In this document: positions 16,606 to 25,241 of the stretch, piece after piece | Layout: every line of letters starts with the position of its first letter | How positions within the stretch are numbered: position 1 is the first letter of the stretch | NCBI GenBank assembly: GCA_013288345.1 | Contig: JABDCA010000010.1 | Coordinates: 6,340 to 70,339, forward strand | Length of the DNA: 64,000 nt | Reading direction: 5' to 3' | Source of the DNA: Bacteroidota bacterium | GTDB taxonomy: Bacteria; Bacteroidota; Bacteroidia; JABEUT01 | Notes under the pieces: model-generated | Seen by the model: only the letters and a program-made list of their open reading frames with translations | Databases searched by the model: none | What the model was told of the DNA's origin: nothing | Translations under genes and position numbers: made by a program

Positions 16606-18867
16606 TTACTGAAACGGATTTCCTCCCGTATTGTCCTTATGCTGTTTATCGTACTTGGGACAATCGCACTCAATCGTAATTGGCTTTTTAGGTTTTTCGA
16701 AATCATCATCGGTGCTTACACCTAATTTAGCATTAGCATATACTTTAGTCATATACACGGCCCATACAGGTAATGCCTCACTTGCACCCTGGCCCCATTC
16801 CATATTTTCGAAGTGTGTGGCACGGTCTTCAAAGCCAGCCCAGCAACCAGAAACTAAATTGGGAGTAATGCCGATAAACCAACCATCAGAACAGTTTTGT
16901 GTTGTACCTGTTTTACCTGCAATAGGGTTCAACAAATGATATTTACTGCCTCTTAATCTTTCACCAGTACCGTATTGCACCACACCTTCCATCATATTTA
17001 TCATTACGTATGCATCCTGCTCACTCAAAGCCTCATCTGTCTTTGGTTTTATCTGGTCGAGTATGCGGCCGTTCTTATCTTCAATACGCATTACAAAAGT
17101 TGGCTGTACCCATATTCCTTTATTGGCATACGTGCAATATGCACCTACCATACTGCTTACAGGTATTTCGCAAGTACCCAGGCAGAGCGAAGGAACTGCA
17201 TCAATATTATCGCTGATACCCATGTGGCGCACCATGCTTATTACTGCTTGTGGTGAGAATTTATAAGTTAGTGAAGCTGCAATCCTATCGACAGATTTAG
17301 CAAGCGCTTCTTTTAGTGTCATCATCCTGCCATCATCATTTGTATCGGCATTTTTAGGTGTCCAGGGTTGGTCGCCATTAGGAATTGTAACAGGCACATT
17401 AGGCATTTGGTAACACGGTGAATATCCGTTCTGCACTGCCATGGTATATATAAATGGCTTGAAGGTAGAACCTACCTGCCTTTTGCCCACCATTACGTGA
17501 TCGTATTTATAAAACCGGTGATCGATACCACCAACCCATGCTTTTATAAATCCAGTGTGCGGATCAATAGAAACAAAGCCGGCCTGCAAATAACTTTTGG
17601 TGTACTTGATAGAATCATATGGCGACATATTAGTATCAAGCGCATGATCCTTTGTCTTCCATGTAAACACAGTCATAGGTATTGGTGTATGGAAGCTCTT
17701 GTATATTTCAGCATCTGAAGCGCCTGCACGCTTAAGGCTCATATAGCGGTCAGACCTGTGCATAGAACTATTCATCAAATCTTCTGTCTGCTCTTTTGTT
17801 ATCCTGAAATCGAAAGGAGCATTTTTGCGATGCGCCAATTCTTTAAAGAAATAAGGCTGCAGGAACTTGCAGTTTTGCTCCAATGCTTCTTCAGCATATT
17901 GCTGCATACGCGAATCGATTGTCGTATAAATTTTCAGCCCGTCTTTATAAATATCATATTTCGTTCCGTCAGGTTTCGGGTGCTCTTCACACCATTTTCG
18001 TAAAAAATTATCTCTCAGGTATTCTCTGAAATACGAAGCAAGTCCCTCATCCGGGTTTTCGGCTCTAAAGTGCAGGGCCAATGGTAATTTTTCAAGCGAA
18101 TCGCGCTTTTTTTCTGCCAGGTAATTGTATTTTGCCATTTGCGAAAGCACCACATTCCTTCTTTCGGTAGCAATCTTAGGCCTATTTTTAGGATTGAATA
18201 ATGAAGGATTCTTTTCCATACCTACTAGCATGGCGGCTTGTTCTATCTTAAGTGAATCAGGTGTAGAACCAAAATATATACGCGATGCAGATTGTATACC
18301 CACAGCGTTATTAATAAAGTCGAACTTATTAAGGTACATGGTAATAATCTCCTCTTTGGTGTACTGCCTTTCGAGCCTAGCTGCTATTACCCACTCCTTA
18401 AACTTCATGAACATCAGCTTTATCTTACCTGCCTTAGGGTCTCTTGGAAACAACATTTTGGCAAGCTGTTGGGTTATGGTACTACCCCCACCCGATGATG
18501 ATTTGCGGCCAATAACAGTCTTAAAAAACACCCTGAACAAGCTGCGAAGGTCAATACCTGAGTGGTCATAAAAACGGGCATCTTCAGTTGCTACAAGGCC
18601 ATTTATCAAATAAGGGCTTATATCCTTATACTGAATGTTTGAGCGGTTTTGTACGTAATATTTGCCCAAAACCTGCCCATCTGACGAAATAACCTCCGAT
18701 GCAAGATAGGTTTGAGGGTTTTCAAGCTCATTAAAGGTAGGTAGCTTACCAAAAACACCGGCCGAAGCCGCTAAAACACAACCAATTAGTAAACATATAG
18801 GAATTAGGACAAGTATCCAGAAGATGCGAATGTATTTCTTAAATCTTTGCCTATCGGTATTGGCCAT
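16606..18867 (-). CDS. mrcA: penicillin-binding protein 1A (bifunctional transglycosylase/transpeptidase)
   Basis: N-terminal TM anchor. GT51 motifs EDARFYDHSGID and GGSTITQQ. Transpeptidase motifs STFKP and KTGTT. Confidence 0.9.
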   Translation of the reverse strand: MANTDRQRFKKYIRIFWILVLIPICLLIGCVLAASAGVFGKLPTFNELENPQTYLASEVISSDGQVLGKYYVQNRSNIQYKDISPYLINGLVATEDARFYDHSGIDLRSLFRVFFKTVIGRKSSSGGGSTITQQLAKMLFPRDPKAGKIKLMFMKFKEWVIAARLERQYTKEEIITMYLNKFDFINNAVGIQSASRIYFGSTPDSLKIEQAAMLVGMEKNPSLFNPKNRPKIATERRNVVLSQMAKYNYLAEKKRDSLEKLPLALHFRAENPDEGLASYFREYLRDNFLRKWCEEHPKPDGTKYDIYKDGLKIYTTIDSRMQQYAEEALEQNCKFLQPYFFKELAHRKNAPFDFRITKEQTEDLMNSSMHRSDRYMSLKRAGASDAEIYKSFHTPIPMTVFTWKTKDHALDTNMSPYDSIKYTKSYLQAGFVSIDPHTGFIKAWVGGIDHRFYKYDHVMVGKRQVGSTFKPFIYTMAVQNGYSPCYQMPNVPVTIPNGDQPWTPKNADTNDDGRMMTLKEALAKSVDRIAASLTYKFSPQAVISMVRHMGISDNIDAVPSLCLGTCEIPVSSMVGAYCTYANKGIWVQPTFVMRIEDKNGRILDQIKPKTDEALSEQDAYVMINMMEGVVQYGTGERLRGSKYHLLNPIAGKTGTTQNCSDGWFIGITPNLVSGCWAGFEDRATHFENMEWGQGASEALPVWAVYMTKVYANAKLGVSTDDDFEKPKKPITIECDCPKYDKQHKDNTGGNPFQ

Positions 18868-18891
18868 TAATGCTTTTCTTTAAATAAGACC

Positions 18892-18899
18892 CAAAATTA
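18892..18899 (-). promoter_or_regulatory. -7 box TAATTTTG (PBP1A)
   Basis: Matches TAnnTTTG. 25 nt upstream of ATG 18867. Confidence 0.5.
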
Positions 18900-18995
18900 C
18901 AAAGAAACAACGTGGCAGGGGCTCAAAATCTTATATCTGTCCACTATGAATTGTTGAAAAAAGGGCTCATTTTTTATAATTATTTGGAAAAGCAT

Positions 18996-19003
18996 TATAT
19001 TTG
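18996..19003 (+). promoter_or_regulatory. -7 box TATATTTG (rpsU)
   Basis: Matches TAnnTTTG. 26 nt upstream of ATG 19029. Confidence 0.5.
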
Positions 19004-19028
19004 CAGCCCTTATAAAACAAGAATTAAC

Positions 19029-19220
19029 ATGATTATTGTTCAGATCAAAGAAGGTGAAAATTTAGAAAAGTCTTTAAAAGCTTTTAAAAAGAAGTTTGAT
19101 CGCATTGGTATTGTAAAGGAGCTTCGTATAAGAAAAGTTTACAATAAACCATCTATTATGCGCAGACAAAGGAAGCTTAAAGCTGTTCTTCGCCAGAAGT
19201 ACGTTGAATCTCAGGAATAG
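19029..19220 (+). CDS. rpsU: 30S ribosomal protein S21
   Basis: The internal ATG of track ORF 18912-19220 gives a 63-aa basic protein, MIIVQIKEGENLEKSLKAFKKKFDRIGIVKELRIRKVYNKPSIMRRQRKLKA. A TATATTTG box lies 26 nt upstream. Confidence 0.9.
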   Translation: MIIVQIKEGENLEKSLKAFKKKFDRIGIVKELRIRKVYNKPSIMRRQRKLKAVLRQKYVESQE

Positions 19221-19246
19221 TTTATAGCTACACAGCAATATACTTA

Positions 19247-19276
19247 AGCAGGAATTGAAAAGTTCCTGCTTTTTTA
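19247..19276. terminator. hairpin terminator between convergent rpsU and the lptD-like gene
   Basis: AGCAGGAA-TTGAAAAG-TTCCTGCT followed by TTTTT on the + strand. Confidence 0.7.
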
Positions 19277-21901
19277 TTGGCTGTAAACCTGGGTATCGGT
19301 CCAGCCCCTTGTACGTTGCAGTTTCAGATCTTGTAATACCGACGCTTTAACATGCACACTTAAGGTAAAGCTTTGGTGAAAGCCAAATGGCACAGTACTA
19401 AAATCGAGCTGCCAGCAGTGCATATCCCTACGGGCAGAGAGGGCAGTAGATGTAAACTGGCTATTCGATATATCGTAGCCCGAATTAACCGAGAAATACC
19501 AGAACTTAGTAAGCTGCATACTACCTGTGAACATTACAGTTTGGGTGGTAGTCTTGGCAAAGCCCTGCACATCATACAACATGTTATAGAACATAGTTAA
19601 CGACCATGGAGCAATTTCGATTGGGGCCCAATACATAGGATGCATCTGTTCATATGTAAAGTAATCGTTGGGAGAGCTAAGCTGTAAGCCGCTGTTATTT
19701 TGTGCTGCGGTAGCATTACCTTGCTGGTCTTTATTCTTTGTACCACCTTTAGCCCCTGATAGCGTAGTGCTGAAAGATAGCTCGCCATTGATGAGTCTGC
19801 CAAGGCTTTTAGAAAAATCCCATGCATTTATATTATTCCCCTGATAGTCCAACTCATATGGATCAATAGTACCACTGAAGTTAATGGCTAGTTTTTTAAA
19901 TAAGGTGGTACTACCTGCTAAGGTTATATCAGACCAGGGCATACTATCGGGTGTAGCCAGATTATAGCCACTGCTAATAGAGAAACGCTCCAATAATTTT
20001 ATTTTTTTATACACAGTACCCGAATCTGTTTGCACCCGCACTTTCATTTCTAAATTGGTAGCAAGGCTAAAGCCCAAAACCGAATACTTTCCGGTAGCTG
20101 GCCCACCATAAATTCCGTTTTGGAAAATAGAATATGGCTGATACTGGCCGTATGGAGGCATTTCCTGCACTTTTTTCCAATAACCGTATGATGCAGCGCC
20201 AAAATCGGGGTGGTAGTTATACGAAACAGTAGGATAAAATACCTGCCTTATTATCACAGCTTTTTTCTTACCCAGTGAATATGTGGCATAAATATTAGTG
20301 GTGAGTGGTATAGATAAATTGTAGGTAAGTGCAGTCCTGAGCCCATGCAAGGTATCAATCTTTATACTGTCATTAATAGGGTTCCAGCGTTCGTTGGTAT
20401 ACTGAAAATAATTTACAGCAGAAAAGGTAAGATTGGGACTGCATGTAATGTATTTAAAAAATTGAACATTCGCAGATAGAGGAATACTTGAATTAATACC
20501 ATTCTGCATATGCTTAAGCGTGCTTTCCTTAAGGAATGTAGACTCAGGGGCGGTAACACTGTTCATTGCATTGGTAGAAAATGCTACCGAAACACTGTTA
20601 GCTGCAGTAATAAGCCATCCATTGCCTAATGGTGGAGTGCCCATCCAATTCTCAATCAATTTGGCAGGGTAAACTCTATCGGCAGTAAATGTAAGCTCAG
20701 GTAAGGTAACCTGTATACTGGTATTAATAGTGTTCTCCTGGCTGGCAGCATTCAATGTAAGGTGAAAAGGAGTTTGAGGGAAGTTTTGGCTGAAAGCAAT
20801 ATTCGACTGCATTGTGTTCTGCAAAAACACATCCGGGCTATATGAGTTGGTTGTATAATAATTAGTGGTACCTGCATTTACACTGGCACTAAAATTACTA
20901 TTAGGTCTTGCCTTACTATCCTGTGTATGTTGCCAAAGGACCAAAAAATTGGGCGTGTTTGAAAACGCTGGCGATTCTGGTATTTGCAAACGTGTATCGG
21001 AGTATCCAACTTTAAACTCACCCGAATAATGGTACCTGTTGCTATAGTCAACAATATCCCTGATGCCGTAACTGCCATTGGTATAAATATCACCCCGAAC
21101 CTGCATATCAAAATGATCACTTAAGCCGAGGTAATAACCTCCATCTAACAAATAAAAGCCCTGCGATTGCGATTCGCCATAGGATGGAATAATTAAGCCC
21201 GAGTGCCTGCCATTTGTAAGCGGAAAGAAGCCAAAAGGTATTGCCAGCGGTGTAGGCACACCTTCAATAACCAGCATTGCAGGGCCTGTAACTACTTGTT
21301 TATTAGGTATTACCTTTAGCCTATAAGCTGCAATAAAAAAATGAGGATCCGCCTCTTCTGAGCAAGTAGTGTACCTGCCATTTTTCATATAAAACACATT
21401 GCTGCTATCCTTCTTTACAATTTTACCCTGTATAAATCCTTCTCCCTCTTTGGTAGTTATCTGGTTTATCCTTCCCTTTTTTGACTTGAAGTTATACCGT
21501 ATCTGTTCCGCATGAAACACATCACTGCCCTGATGAAATTCAGGTTTGCCTATTGTTTTGCCGCTATCCTGTATTCCGGTGGCAAAGGCAATATTGCTAT
21601 CGAGTGATATATCAATATACGCAGCTTTTAATTCAAGGTTTTCATACTTCACATCTGCATCACCATACAGGTATACCTTGCGTTTCTTGGCATCCAGTCT
21701 TATCGAATCGCGGGCATGGTAGTCGACCTTTGAATTGAGCGGCGTTTTTTTAGATACAACTTTAACCTTACTGCTGTCAGCTTTTTTCTGCTTATTGGTA
21801 TCCTTAGCCGTATCGCTTACAGCATATACAGCAGCCTTCGAAGAGTGCGTTATTAACAAAGCAAGGATAAAAAAAAGTGTAAATAGCTTAAAATGACGCA
21901 A
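19274..21901 (-). CDS. LptD/OstA-like outer-membrane LPS-assembly protein homologue
   Basis: Track ORF runs to 22000. I prefer the in-frame TTG at 21901, which gives (M)RHFKLFTLFFILALLITHSSKAAVYA, a clean signal peptide, and has a TAATTTTG box 31 nt upstream. It also avoids overlapping the divergent amidase start. The N-domain is OstA-like (VDYHARDSIRLDAKKRKVYLYGDADVKYENLELKAAYI), followed by a large beta-barrel. Confidence 0.65.
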   Translation of the reverse strand: MRHFKLFTLFFILALLITHSSKAAVYAVSDTAKDTNKQKKADSSKVKVVSKKTPLNSKVDYHARDSIRLDAKKRKVYLYGDADVKYENLELKAAYIDISLDSNIAFATGIQDSGKTIGKPEFHQGSDVFHAEQIRYNFKSKKGRINQITTKEGEGFIQGKIVKKDSSNVFYMKNGRYTTCSEEADPHFFIAAYRLKVIPNKQVVTGPAMLVIEGVPTPLAIPFGFFPLTNGRHSGLIIPSYGESQSQGFYLLDGGYYLGLSDHFDMQVRGDIYTNGSYGIRDIVDYSNRYHYSGEFKVGYSDTRLQIPESPAFSNTPNFLVLWQHTQDSKARPNSNFSASVNAGTTNYYTTNSYSPDVFLQNTMQSNIAFSQNFPQTPFHLTLNAASQENTINTSIQVTLPELTFTADRVYPAKLIENWMGTPPLGNGWLITAANSVSVAFSTNAMNSVTAPESTFLKESTLKHMQNGINSSIPLSANVQFFKYITCSPNLTFSAVNYFQYTNERWNPINDSIKIDTLHGLRTALTYNLSIPLTTNIYATYSLGKKKAVIIRQVFYPTVSYNYHPDFGAASYGYWKKVQEMPPYGQYQPYSIFQNGIYGGPATGKYSVLGFSLATNLEMKVRVQTDSGTVYKKIKLLERFSISSGYNLATPDSMPWSDITLAGSTTLFKKLAINFSGTIDPYELDYQGNNINAWDFSKSLGRLINGELSFSTTLSGAKGGTKNKDQQGNATAAQNNSGLQLSSPNDYFTYEQMHPMYWAPIEIAPWSLTMFYNMLYDVQGFAKTTTQTVMFTGSMQLTKFWYFSVNSGYDISNSQFTSTALSARRDMHCWQLDFSTVPFGFHQSFTLSVHVKASVLQDLKLQRTRGWTDTQVYSQ

Positions 21902-21911
21902 TTCTATATGA

Positions 21912-21919
21912 TATTTTTG
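21912..21919 (+). promoter_or_regulatory. -7 box TATTTTTG (amidase)
   Basis: Matches TAnnTTTG. 30 nt upstream of ATG 21949. Confidence 0.5.
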
Positions 21920-21931
21920 TCTGGATTGCCA

Positions 21932-21939
21932 CAAAATTA
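21932..21939 (-). promoter_or_regulatory. -7 box TAATTTTG (lptD-like gene)
   Basis: Matches TAnnTTTG. 31 nt upstream of the in-frame TTG at 21901. Confidence 0.45.
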
Positions 21940-21948
21940 TGCTTTCTG

Positions 21949-23370
21949 ATGTATAAATGGGCCTCATACATATTGATTTTTTGCGTTGCCCTGTTTGCAT
22001 ACGGCTTTAGTGGCAAGCACCCAGGCACCGATAAAAAGCAATGGGTTATAGTTATTGACCCCGGACATGGTGGTAAGGACCCCGGCTGCCACGGAGAAAA
22101 TTTTAAAGAAAAAAATATTGCACTGGCTGTGTCGCTTAAGCTGGGTCATTACTTAGAGGATAACGATAAAAACGTGAAAGTAGTATATACCCGCACTACC
22201 GATGTTTTTGTTCCCCTAAACGACAGAGCCGAAATTGCCAATAAAAACCATGCCGACCTTTTCATATGTATCCACTTAAATGCATCGCCTAACCACGAAG
22301 CCAATGGCTCTGCCACCTATGTTATGAGGATGGGAAAAGCAGATGCAAACCTGGAAGTGGAAAAACGTGAAAACTCATCTATTTTGCTTGAAAAAGACTA
22401 TAAAACTACTTATGGTGGTTATGACCCCAATTCACCTTCGGGTGCCATAATTTTAAGTATGTACCAAAACCTGTTTCTTACTCAAAGTCTCGACCTTGCA
22501 GCCAAAATACAAGATGAATATGCTCAATTAGAGAAAAGGAAGGACAATAGGGTAAAACAGGCCGGGTTCCTGGTATTATGGAGAACAGCTATGCCAAGTT
22601 TACTTACTGAAATAGGCTTTTTGACCAACCCTGATGAGGAGAAATTTATGGGTACCCAAAAAGGAGAAGATGAAATTGCAAAATGTATTTTTTTGGCATT
22701 TGAACAATATAAATCGGAAAAAGAAAACACTACGTACGACCCAAAATCATTTTCGTTTAAACAGTTTATTGTACAAACTACCGATACTGCTAAAGTAGAC
22801 ACTACGCTGCACACTATTGAAAAAGATAGTGCAATAGTTCAGCCGATAAAAGATAGTGCAGTAAAAAAAGAGCAACCTAAAAATCAAAAACATATTAAAA
22901 AGGATACTGTCCAAGTAAAGGAGGCAACGGTTAAAAAAGATAGCAACAGCGCAAAAGTAAACCGAATGAAAGATGCTTTAAAAGGCTTAAAGGTCGATTC
23001 GGTTGTGCCAAAAAAAGTGGATACCGTTGCTGTGAAGCCGAAGAAAATTACTGATACAACGACAAAAAAAACAGAGCCAATTCATAAAAAGGAAATACCC
23101 ACTGCCGATACAAACAAGGTTTGCTTTAAAGTGCAATTCATTCTATCGGACCATGTTTTAAGTAAAACCGACAAACGTTTTGATAATTTAACCGACATAG
23201 ATTTTTACTTAGACAATAAAACCTACAAATACACTGCCGGTTGTTTTGCAGTACTAAAAGATGCTGTTGACCTGCAAAAGAAACTGCGCGACAAGGGATA
23301 TGTAGACGCTTTTATAGTTGCTTTTAAAGGCAAAAAAAGGATAACTATTAAGGAAGCTCAGGGTAAATAG
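21949..23370 (+). CDS. N-acetylmuramoyl-L-alanine amidase (Amidase_3) with Lys-rich linker and C-terminal SPOR domain
   Basis: VIDPGHGGKDPG, HLNA and GFLTNPDEE motifs. The C-terminal 75 aa (FKVQFILSD...GYVDAFIVAFKG) look like SPOR. Confidence 0.9.
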   Translation: MYKWASYILIFCVALFAYGFSGKHPGTDKKQWVIVIDPGHGGKDPGCHGENFKEKNIALAVSLKLGHYLEDNDKNVKVVYTRTTDVFVPLNDRAEIANKNHADLFICIHLNASPNHEANGSATYVMRMGKADANLEVEKRENSSILLEKDYKTTYGGYDPNSPSGAIILSMYQNLFLTQSLDLAAKIQDEYAQLEKRKDNRVKQAGFLVLWRTAMPSLLTEIGFLTNPDEEKFMGTQKGEDEIAKCIFLAFEQYKSEKENTTYDPKSFSFKQFIVQTTDTAKVDTTLHTIEKDSAIVQPIKDSAVKKEQPKNQKHIKKDTVQVKEATVKKDSNSAKVNRMKDALKGLKVDSVVPKKVDTVAVKPKKITDTTTKKTEPIHKKEIPTADTNKVCFKVQFILSDHVLSKTDKRFDNLTDIDFYLDNKTYKYTAGCFAVLKDAVDLQKKLRDKGYVDAFIVAFKGKKRITIKEAQGK

Positions 23371-23433
23371 GCCTCATTCTCATCGACATAAGTCACTGAT
23401 AATCAAATCACAATTAAAATATTTAGTCGCACC

Positions 23434-23460
23434 TGTAACTTCTAACCAGGTTCATTCGTC
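23434..23460 (+). promoter_or_regulatory. ECF-type promoter candidate TGTAAC-N17-CGTC upstream of the ECF sigma gene
   Basis: TGTAAC at 23434-23439 and CGTC at 23457-23460, with a 17-nt spacer counted by hand. 46 nt separate the motif from ATG 23507. The same motif occurs at 25183-25209. Confidence 0.55.
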
Positions 23461-23506
23461 TTACGACAAATGCTTAGCTTAGTATCCCTAACACAAATGG
23501 TAAGTA

Positions 23507-23992
23507 ATGACTGCGGAAGAATTTAATAATTGTGTTGACTTACATGCGGACAACCTTTACCGTTTCATTTTAAAGAACGTAAAGGATGTGCACAAGGCCA
23601 AAGATATTGTGCAGGATACTTATGAAAAGTTGTGGGTTAGAATAGATGATGTAGCATGTACCAATGCTAAAAGCTACATGTTCACTGCTGCCTACCGCAC
23701 CATGATAGATATGATGAGGCGCGACAAGAAGCAAGACAGATTAGAAGAATCTCATTTGTTTGCAGTGAGCCATAACAAAACATACAGCGATGCGAAAGAA
23801 GTATTGAATGATGCTCTGAATAAATTGCCCGAAATACAACGCTCAGTTATCATGTTACGCGATTACGAAGGATACGACTATAATGAGATTGGAGAAATAA
23901 CAGGGTTGAATGAATCGCAGGTTAAGGTATATATTTTCAGGGCCAGGAAGTTTTTAAAGAATTACATAGGTTCAATTGAAGCAGTAATATAA
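23507..23992 (+). CDS. RNA polymerase ECF-type sigma-70 factor
   Basis: 161 aa. Region 2 (DIVQDTYEKLW) and region 4 HTH (YDYNEIGEITGLNESQVKVYIFRARKFL). Confidence 0.85.
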   Translation: MTAEEFNNCVDLHADNLYRFILKNVKDVHKAKDIVQDTYEKLWVRIDDVACTNAKSYMFTAAYRTMIDMMRRDKKQDRLEESHLFAVSHNKTYSDAKEVLNDALNKLPEIQRSVIMLRDYEGYDYNEIGEITGLNESQVKVYIFRARKFLKNYIGSIEAVI

Positions 23993-25065
23993 TGAGCATA
24001 AGTCAATATAACTACGAAGCATATTTTCTCGATTACCACGAGGGAAGACTGGATGCAGACGCAACCCGGGAGCTGATGGATTTTTTGGCAATGCATCCCG
24101 AACTGAAGCAGGAATTTGAAAACTTCGAATCTGTTTCGTTGACTGACTTTGATGAAATAAAATTTGAGAATAAAGAATCGCTGAAGAGATCTGTTGCGCC
24201 GGTAAATGCTTCAAACTTTGATGAAATAGCAGTACAATATATTGAAGGCACCCTAAACTCTACACTAACTGCTGAGCTTTTAACTTTTGTAAAGTTAAAC
24301 CCAACCTACCAAAGTGAATTAGACACTTACAAGCTTACCAAGCTAACTCCCGACACTTCAGTTTTTTTTGAGGACAAAAATTCTTTAAAGAGAAGAAGTC
24401 GTCGTCCTGTAATCTATTATTGGTCGGCAGCAGCATCGGTAGCTATACTTGTTGCTACTTATTTTATAATTAACACAGGCAAACAAAATTCAGTAACTAT
24501 TGCTGCAATTACTACTAAAGTTGACTCAAGCCATATTACTACAAAAAATGAACCGGCTACAAATAATACACTAGCACCGCAAAATATTGCAAGCAATAAT
24601 TCAGATATTGTTGCGTCTGAAAATAATAGAACACACAAAGCCCGCTCTAAACCAAAAGCAACAACCACAGAAGAGAACAGTGCAATAGCTGTAATCCACG
24701 ACACTGCAACAATCATTGCATTGCAACATGCACTAGATATACTTAAACACGATACAGCAGTATCTCATACCGAGAATAACTTTGTAGCAATTCAACCTAA
24801 AGATACTACTACGAATAAAGCGGTTGCTCAACAACAGCCGACCATACAACAAATTCCTGCAAACCTGAATAAGGATAAAAAAGAAAACAGATCTGTACTT
24901 ACACTGGCTTCTAACACAGTTAAAGGAATTGGTAAGCTATTCAAACGCGGCGGCGTTGAATTCAGTAAGTATTACAGCAAAACAGATTCAAACAAAGTTA
25001 TTGCCTACCAGGTCACCCTTGGCGATAACCGTTATACCCTTGCTCGAAAAAATAGTTTGTACTAG
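23992..25065 (+). CDS. putative anti-sigma factor (single-pass membrane protein)
   Basis: The start overlaps the sigma stop (TAATG). The N-terminal helical module YFLDYHEGRLDADATRELMDFLAMHPELKQEFE is repeated at aa ~76-118 (YIEGTLNSTLTAELLTFVKLNPTYQSELD). One TM helix (VIYYWSAAASVAILVATYFII). Confidence 0.6.
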   Translation: MSISQYNYEAYFLDYHEGRLDADATRELMDFLAMHPELKQEFENFESVSLTDFDEIKFENKESLKRSVAPVNASNFDEIAVQYIEGTLNSTLTAELLTFVKLNPTYQSELDTYKLTKLTPDTSVFFEDKNSLKRRSRRPVIYYWSAAASVAILVATYFIINTGKQNSVTIAAITTKVDSSHITTKNEPATNNTLAPQNIASNNSDIVASENNRTHKARSKPKATTTEENSAIAVIHDTATIIALQHALDILKHDTAVSHTENNFVAIQPKDTTTNKAVAQQQPTIQQIPANLNKDKKENRSVLTLASNTVKGIGKLFKRGGVEFSKYYSKTDSNKVIAYQVTLGDNRYTLARKNSLY

Positions 25066-25086
25066 TGTGTATTGCTAAAACACTTC

Positions 25087-25161
25087 GTAAGCCCCAAACC
25101 CCTAAAGGGGCTTTAGAACCAAACGTGTAATTTAAAGCCCCTTTAGGGGTTTGGGGCTTAC
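25087..25161. repeat. 29-bp perfect inverted repeat (REP-like), 17-nt spacer
   Basis: GTAAGCCCCAAACCCCTAAAGGGGCTTTA (25087-25115) is the exact reverse complement of 25133-25161. Each arm contains its own CCCCTAAAGGGG palindrome. Confidence 0.9.
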
Positions 25162-25182
25162 AGAAAAAAAATTGAAATATTG

Positions 25183-25209
25183 TGTAACTATTTACCGGGG
25201 CTAAACGTC
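25183..25209 (+). promoter_or_regulatory. ECF-type promoter candidate TGTAAC-N17-CGTC upstream of the DUF2807/beta-barrel gene
   Basis: TGTAAC at 25183-25188 and CGTC at 25206-25209, with a 17-nt spacer. 32 nt separate the motif from ATG 25242. Confidence 0.55.
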
Positions 25210-25241
25210 ATACGTCAAACAAGCCAATTAAAAATTAGAAC

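Noticed and set aside
18912-19028. 39-codon upstream extension of the rpsU ORF (GTG start)
   Set aside because: S21 is ~63 aa. The extension contains the TATATTTG promoter box and has no S21-like sequence.
21902-22000. Upstream 33 codons of the longest LptD-like ORF (ATG at 22000 or 21967)
   Set aside because: They would overlap the divergent amidase start and both promoter boxes, and would put a non-signal leader before the signal peptide. The TTG at 21901 is preferred but is not proven.
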